The notes under the pieces were generated by a model. That model saw nothing but the letters and a program-made list of their open reading frames with translations. It did not search any database and was not told where the DNA came from. The position numbers and the translations under genes were made by a program. This document shows positions 57,639 through 64,000 of a stretch of 64,000 nt of DNA, piece by piece. Origin of the DNA: Chitinophagales bacterium (lineage in GTDB: Bacteria; Bacteroidota; Bacteroidia; Chitinophagales; UBA8649); the NCBI GenBank assembly GCA_037624485.1, contig JASJJC010000009.1, positions 178,674 through 242,673 on the forward strand, read 5' to 3'. Positions within the stretch are counted from its first letter, which is position 1; every line of letters starts with the position of its first letter.

Positions 57639-58730
57639 ATGGAAAATAATAAAGCATATTTACTCTTAGAAGACGGCACTTTTTTCGAAGGAAATTCAGT
57701 AGGACGCAAAGGAACTACCTATGGTGAGATCTGTTTTAATACTGGCATGACCGGATATCAAGAGGTTTTTACTGATCCTTCGTACTTTGGACAAATGATA
57801 ATAATGACCAATCCGCATATTGGAAATTATGGTGCGATGGCTTTAGATAAGGAATCAAAGCAAGCTCAAATTTCCGGATTAATATGTAAGAAGTTCTCTA
57901 GTAAATTTTCTAGATTACAGGCAAATACTTCATTGAATGATTTTTTGGAAGACAACAATATCGTGGGTATTTCGGATATTGACACCCGTGCATTGGTTAC
58001 CCAAGTTCGAAGTAAGGGAGCTATGAATTGTATTATTTCTTCAGATTTAGATACAGTCGATCAACTCAAAAATGAGTTGGCCAAAGCACCAAATATGGAT
58101 GGCTTGGAGTTGGCCTCTAAAGTGACTACAGAGGTGCCATATACGCTAGGTAATAATGATGCAAAGTATCGGGTGGCTGTACTTGATTTAGGAATTAAGC
58201 GAAATATATTGAAATGCCTAGAAGAGCGTGATTTTTATATTACAGTATTTCCAGCAAAAACTGATTTTAAAACAATGAGTGCCTTTAATCCGGATGGATA
58301 TTTTGTATCAAATGGACCTGGAGATCCATCTGCCGTGGGTTATGCAGTAAAAACGGTGAAGGAGATTATGGCAGCTAATAAGCCATTATTTGGAATTTGC
58401 TTGGGCCATCAAATTTTGGCTTTAGCTAATGGTGTATCTACCTATAAAATGCATCACGGCCATCGTGGGTTAAATCATCCCGTTAAGAATCTTATTACAG
58501 GTCAATGTGAGATTACCTCCCAAAATCATGGTTTTGAAGTTAATAGAAAAGATATCGAATCTAGTGAGCAAGTAGAAATTACGCACATAAATTTGAACGA
58601 TCAAACCGTAGAAGGAATACGTATTAAAAATAAAAAAGCTTTTTCTGTTCAGTATCACCCTGAGTCGTCCCCTGGACCACACGATTCTCGATATTTGTTT
58701 GAACAGTTTGAAGATTTAATGAACGAATAA
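57639..58730 (+). CDS. carA: Carbamoyl-phosphate synthase small (glutaminase) subunit
   Basis: 363 aa. GATase triad context GICLGHQ and VQYHPE. N-terminal CPSase small-subunit domain. Confidence 0.92.
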   Translation: MENNKAYLLLEDGTFFEGNSVGRKGTTYGEICFNTGMTGYQEVFTDPSYFGQMIIMTNPHIGNYGAMALDKESKQAQISGLICKKFSSKFSRLQANTSLNDFLEDNNIVGISDIDTRALVTQVRSKGAMNCIISSDLDTVDQLKNELAKAPNMDGLELASKVTTEVPYTLGNNDAKYRVAVLDLGIKRNILKCLEERDFYITVFPAKTDFKTMSAFNPDGYFVSNGPGDPSAVGYAVKTVKEIMAANKPLFGICLGHQILALANGVSTYKMHHGHRGLNHPVKNLITGQCEITSQNHGFEVNRKDIESSEQVEITHINLNDQTVEGIRIKNKKAFSVQYHPESSPGPHDSRYLFEQFEDLMNE

Positions 58731-58741
58731 AAACAAATTGA

Positions 58742-60031
<1,290 letters not shown>

Positions 60032-60036
60032 GTTTC

Positions 60037-60819
60037 ATGCAGGAATACTTCGTTTGGAGTCCAGATCCAATAGCTGCTGATTTTGGGTTTTTACGGATAA
60101 GTTGGTATGGTTTAACCTGGTCCTTGTCTATTTTGCTTGCCTACTTCATGGGCATGAAAGTATTTAAGCGAGAACAAAAAGATACCGAACTGGTCACTCT
60201 TTACATACAATATGTTTTCATTGGAGCATTGCTTGGTGCACGTATTTTTGATATTCTATATTATCATTTTGATGCATTTGTTGAACGCCCAATGTTAATG
60301 CTGGAAGTAATGAATGGCGGATTATCTAGTCACGGGGCTATGATTGGAGTTCTTTTGGCTTTATTACTTTTTTCTAAAAGACATAAGGAGTTTACTTTTA
60401 TTTGGCTAGTAGACCGCACGGCACTTGGTATGCCGCTTTTAGGTGGACTGGTTCGAATTGGCAATTTTATTAATAGTGAGTTGTATGGCAAGGTTACCGA
60501 AGTCTCATGGGCAGTTATTTTCCCTTTATCAGATCCAGCTAAATTGCCAAGACATCCTATTCAATTGTATGAAGCTTTATGGTTGTTTTCTTGTTCTGCT
60601 GTGTTTTGGTTCCTTTATAAAAAGAAACAACTCGCTGGTGGTTCGTTTGCAACTTTATTCTTAGTCGTGGTTCTCGGTGGTCGATTGGCTTTAGAGTTTA
60701 TGAAAGATAGTTCTACCTATTATGGTCCACTAAGCAATACGCAGTGGTTAAGTCTGCTCGGGGTTATTATAGGATTAAGCTTACTGTATAAAGTAAAGAA
60801 CAAGTCGTCAGTAACTTAA
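60037..60819 (+). CDS. lgt: Prolipoprotein diacylglyceryl transferase (canonical)
   Basis: 260 aa. ISWYGL, GLSSHGAMIG, RIGNFINSELYG, RHPIQLYEA. Confidence 0.88.
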   Translation: MQEYFVWSPDPIAADFGFLRISWYGLTWSLSILLAYFMGMKVFKREQKDTELVTLYIQYVFIGALLGARIFDILYYHFDAFVERPMLMLEVMNGGLSSHGAMIGVLLALLLFSKRHKEFTFIWLVDRTALGMPLLGGLVRIGNFINSELYGKVTEVSWAVIFPLSDPAKLPRHPIQLYEALWLFSCSAVFWFLYKKKQLAGGSFATLFLVVVLGGRLALEFMKDSSTYYGPLSNTQWLSLLGVIIGLSLLYKVKNKSSVT

Positions 60820-60841
60820 GAATCCTACTCTTTACTCCGTA

Positions 60842-62341
60842 TCAATGCCCATGACCATCTCCTTCACTGTGCTCTTCTTCTGCAGTGAATGCATCTTCAT
60901 CAAAAATGAAGTTCTTATAATTTTCATCTCCTTCATTTTTCATGTATTGATGAAAGAATCCTTCTATCTGTTCTGCGGCAATTCGTTTGGCAATGATTTT
61001 TTTATCTTTATCTAAAATGAAAATCTGTGGTGTACTGGTAACATCATAAATCGTTCTAAAATTAGTTTGATGGTATAAGTCACTCACATTAATCCAATTT
61101 AAATCATGCGTTTTAATAAACGATTTCCATTCTTCAATTTGCTCAATATTCGACGTGGTTATTGCATAGACACTTAAACTTTCGTCTAAATGATTTTTAT
61201 AGAATGCACTTAATTTTGGAGTAACTTTTTTACAATGCCCACAATCTGGATCCCAAATATAAAGAACTGTATAATCCGTTTTGATGTCGTGTAGACTATA
61301 GAACTTGTTAATACTAGTATCTCTTAAGCTTAGGTTAGGAGATGTTTTCCCTATAAGTAGTGGCTCGATAGCTTTTCTTCGCTCAATCATCTTGTCTAGT
61401 TGCACTGAATCTATCCATGGGGTTTCACCAGCTTCGTAATAGTTCTTGACCAAGTGCACATATACGGCATCATCTCCCATTACTTTGCTGTTTGCATACT
61501 TATTTAACAAGGTGACTAATGCATATTGAAAAACATTAGGATTAGCCATAGCTTTCTCTAGTACAATGTCACAAGATTGTATAATAGAGTCTTGACTTTT
61601 GACTGTGTATTTATCAAAGTAATCGATTAGTTTACCTTTCAGCACAGGAGTACGTATGATACCTTCTTCATTAAAAAAAGTATAGTCCCAATAGTGTTGC
61701 TTAAAATAGTGAAACCTGAAGTTAGGGTCGACTTCATCTCCATTTTCATCTACCGGAGGTTCTGGAATTTTAATTTCTCTTAACATTCCTAGAATAGCGG
61801 AGTATAATAGCTCAGGGTTTTCTTCCATAATGGCTATACGATTAGCCGTGTAGTCGTTATTTAATTGAGTATACTCAGCGGTTAGTGCTTCCTTTTCTTT
61901 ATCCTCTTGGGCCAACTTTATTTTACCTTCCAATACTTGAGATTGTTGTCTTATCTCTTTCATCGCATTCATGTCGAATTGAAAAATTTCATTATCCAGA
62001 GAATTAGAGAAGATAACATTATCAAAATTATTGGTGTCAGGGAGTTCAATCCCAAAGTATTGATTTTTTACAATGAACTCAAAATATTTGTTTTTTAGTC
62101 GAGGGAAAACTGCCAAGTAGACACCGTGATCCAAGTTCTCGTCTCCTCGTATCATCAACTGCCCCTTATTATCAAAGGTAAGTGTATCAGCAATGAACTG
62201 TTTATCTTCATAATGATAGGCGAGATAAAAATCTTCATTAGCCATTTGAGGCACATTCAAGGAGATATTATGGCCTTTTTTTTGAGCATTTAATTCCCCA
62301 CTAAATAGGAGGACAATCAATACTAATATTATATTTTTCAT
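60842..62341 (-). CDS. Secreted TlpA/AhpC-like thioredoxin-fold protein with N-terminal extra domain and His-rich C-terminal tail
   Basis: The start at 62341 (MKNIILVLIVLLFSGELNAQ signal peptide) is preferred over the ORF-track start at 62383. Active site WDPDCGHCKK. The tail is EEEHSEGDGHGH. Confidence 0.7.
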   Translation of the reverse strand: MKNIILVLIVLLFSGELNAQKKGHNISLNVPQMANEDFYLAYHYEDKQFIADTLTFDNKGQLMIRGDENLDHGVYLAVFPRLKNKYFEFIVKNQYFGIELPDTNNFDNVIFSNSLDNEIFQFDMNAMKEIRQQSQVLEGKIKLAQEDKEKEALTAEYTQLNNDYTANRIAIMEENPELLYSAILGMLREIKIPEPPVDENGDEVDPNFRFHYFKQHYWDYTFFNEEGIIRTPVLKGKLIDYFDKYTVKSQDSIIQSCDIVLEKAMANPNVFQYALVTLLNKYANSKVMGDDAVYVHLVKNYYEAGETPWIDSVQLDKMIERRKAIEPLLIGKTSPNLSLRDTSINKFYSLHDIKTDYTVLYIWDPDCGHCKKVTPKLSAFYKNHLDESLSVYAITTSNIEQIEEWKSFIKTHDLNWINVSDLYHQTNFRTIYDVTSTPQIFILDKDKKIIAKRIAAEQIEGFFHQYMKNEGDENYKNFIFDEDAFTAEEEHSEGDGHGH

Positions 62342-62363
62342 AATGTAATCTTTAATACTATTC

Positions 62364-62726
62364 TTATTTTTTTTCTTTTTCATCTTCCCAATCGGATGTT
62401 TGTTTAGCTAAATCTTCGCAGAATTTCTGCATTAGCTTTTGAGCAAAAGGATTTTTTGTTGCTTGAATATAGCTATTGGTCATATTCATTAAGGTCCTGA
62501 AATAATGGGAATGCATCTCATCAACTCTTAAATCTGTCGTCCACAAGTTGATTCCCAGGGAATTGTTTTCAACAGGATCCCAAATGGAAATATTGATGGA
62601 TTTACAATCATTTAAATTCTGATGCTCAGAATCGGTAGCCATCCATTTTAAATCGATAGGCACGTTGTTTTGATCTAAACCAACCTTTACTTTTATCTCT
62701 GAAGTTTTTACTACTTTATCGTTCAC
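62364..62726 (-). CDS. gldC: Gliding-motility-associated protein GldC-like
   Basis: 120 aa, GTG start 1 nt after the upstream stop. By recollection it resembles the GldC family (about 110 aa; WxAxDS...IWD...LGINLWTxDLRVDEM...F). Not verified by search. Confidence 0.5.
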   Translation of the reverse strand: MNDKVVKTSEIKVKVGLDQNNVPIDLKWMATDSEHQNLNDCKSINISIWDPVENNSLGINLWTTDLRVDEMHSHYFRTLMNMTNSYIQATKNPFAQKLMQKFCEDLAKQTSDWEDEKEKK

Positions 62727-62727
62727 C

Positions 62728-63321
62728 TTATTTATTTTTCTTAATTAATTCTAATAACTCTTGCTGTAATGCCTCACTTCCATACTTTCTATACCATTGG
62801 TGTGCCAATTTAAGCTTTTCGTCATATGGACCGTTGTTATTTAACAAGTTTTTAATTTTCGCTTGTAATTCTTGAGGCCTAGGCCCCCATTGAAAGATTT
62901 CCATCAAATGCTCATCCAATACAATCAGTTTAGGTATCGACTTCCCTCCATCGGTTAAATAGGCATTCATCATAGATTTTTCTTTATCCCGTAGTGCAAT
63001 TTTCAAATCAATGTCTCCAGCCAAACATACTGCCTCTATAATGGGTTGGGTAAAAGAGGCATCCCCGCACCATGGTTCAGTGATTAAGATCCAAGTCCAA
63101 TTCTCTGTGCCACTATTTAATTCGTTGTATAGCTTTTTGTCTAGGTTAACTTTTGTACGAATTTTGTTACTGCGCTTAAAATTAGCAATTGTATACAACA
63201 GAAAATCCTCATCATCATAAGGAGCTTCCGTGCCTTCTTGAGTGCTAACTTTTTCAAAGAACTTGTGATAGTCTTCTAAGTCGAGTAAATTATTGATTAT
63301 TTCTTTTGTAAATTCGAACAT
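62728..63321 (-). CDS. Thioredoxin-fold protein with monothiol WCGDA motif
   Basis: The ATG at 63321 (MFEFTKEII) is preferred over the TTG at 63330. The TEPWCGDA motif aligns with Trx WCGPC, with the second Cys replaced. Confidence 0.65.
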   Translation of the reverse strand: MFEFTKEIINNLLDLEDYHKFFEKVSTQEGTEAPYDDEDFLLYTIANFKRSNKIRTKVNLDKKLYNELNSGTENWTWILITEPWCGDASFTQPIIEAVCLAGDIDLKIALRDKEKSMMNAYLTDGGKSIPKLIVLDEHLMEIFQWGPRPQELQAKIKNLLNNNGPYDEKLKLAHQWYRKYGSEALQQELLELIKKNK

Positions 63322-63419
63322 CCTCGGCAAAAATAAGATTATAATTGTAGCTATTGAATTTGTAAACGATTGAATGCTTAAAAAGTTTGTTAAAAAGGAG
63401 TAAAATTAAAAATTGAAAA

Positions 63420-64000
63420 ATGGAATATAGAAGAATGGGTAAATCCGGTTTGCAGCTAAGTGCTTTATCTTTTGGTTCTTGGGTGACATTTGGCAGTCAG
63501 ATTCAAGACAATACAAGTGAGCAGCTTATGCAAATAGCATATGAAAATGGCGTAAATTTTTTCGATAATGCGGAAGCCTATGCTTCTGGAAAAAGCGAGG
63601 AAGTTATGGGGCAAATTCTTAATAAAATGAATTGGGATAGATCCACTTTTATAGTATCGAGTAAAGTATTTTGGGGTGGAGATAAACCCAATCAAAAAGG
63701 CTTAATGCGTAAGCATGTTGTGGAAGCTTGTCATGCTGCTCTTAGAAGACTTCAAGTGGATTATTTAGATTTGTTTTATTGTCATCGTCCAGATATAGAT
63801 ACACCTATAGCTGAAACTGTATGGACTATGCATAACTTGATACAACAAGGTAAAATATTGTACTGGGGAACAAGTGAATGGAATGCTCAGCAAATTACAG
63901 AGGCACATTTGGTAGCAGAAAAATATAATTTGATTGGCCCGAGTATGGAGCAGCCACAATACAACTTGTTTGAGCGAAGTAAATTAGAAAAAGAGTACTT
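63420..64000 (+). CDS. Aldo/keto reductase (Kv-beta-subunit-like), 3'-truncated by the window edge; not in the supplied ORF track
   Basis: Hand translation from the ATG at 63420 gives MEYRRMGKSGLQLSALSFGSWVTFG...FFDNAEAYASGKSEEVMG...LDLFYCHRPD...GKILYWGTSEW. The frame stays open to the end of the window. Confidence 0.85.
   Translation, partial: MEYRRMGKSGLQLSALSFGSWVTFGSQIQDNTSEQLMQIAYENGVNFFDNAEAYASGKSEEVMGQILNKMNWDRSTFIVSSKVFWGGDKPNQKGLMRKHVVEACHAALRRLQVDYLDLFYCHRPDIDTPIAETVWTMHNLIQQGKILYWGTSEWNAQQITEAHLVAEKYNLIGPSMEQPQYNLFERSKLEKEY

Overview
This AT-rich window looks like a Bacteroidota chromosomal core region. That assignment is inferred from TAnnTTTG -7 promoter boxes, the lack of Shine-Dalgarno sequences, a GldC-like gene and the gene order. 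It is densely coding and mostly housekeeping.

Layout:
- 1-21 kb: mixed envelope and metabolism genes. These are a divergent Lgt paralog, an MBL hydrolase, a 1169-aa Omp85-barrel/beta-propeller protein, MscS, a CaCA exchanger, Nfu, purF, an FNR-ferredoxin pair, an OmpA-family protein, a TonB-dependent receptor, pyruvate carboxylase and smpB.
- 21.5-36.9 kb: a complete dcw cluster, mraZ-rsmH-ftsL-ftsI-murE-mraY-murD-ftsW-murG-murC-ftsQ-ftsA-ftsZ.
- 37.1-39.3 kb: a CI-type HTH/S24 self-cleaving repressor and pepP.
- 39.6-57.5 kb: the str-S10-spc-alpha ribosomal superoperon, rpsL through rplQ. It includes rpmD and rpmJ, which are missing from the ORF track.
- 57.6-64 kb: carA, eno, canonical lgt, a minus-strand Trx-like/gldC/TlpA-like operon, and a 3'-truncated aldo/keto reductase that is also missing from the ORF track.

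I found no tRNA, rRNA, CRISPR array, transposon or prophage, and no convincing novel multi-gene system.

The items most worth a second look:
- The LexA-like S24 repressor, which has an exactly duplicated 14-bp dyad operator upstream.
- A helically phased GTG-repeat array over the mraZ promoter, a candidate MraZ operator.
- A strong terminator plus promoter splitting the S10 operon between rplV and rpsC.
- The Omp85-propeller fusion protein.
- An Lgt paralog with substituted catalytic positions.

All functional calls come from reading the translated ORFs by eye. No database search was run.
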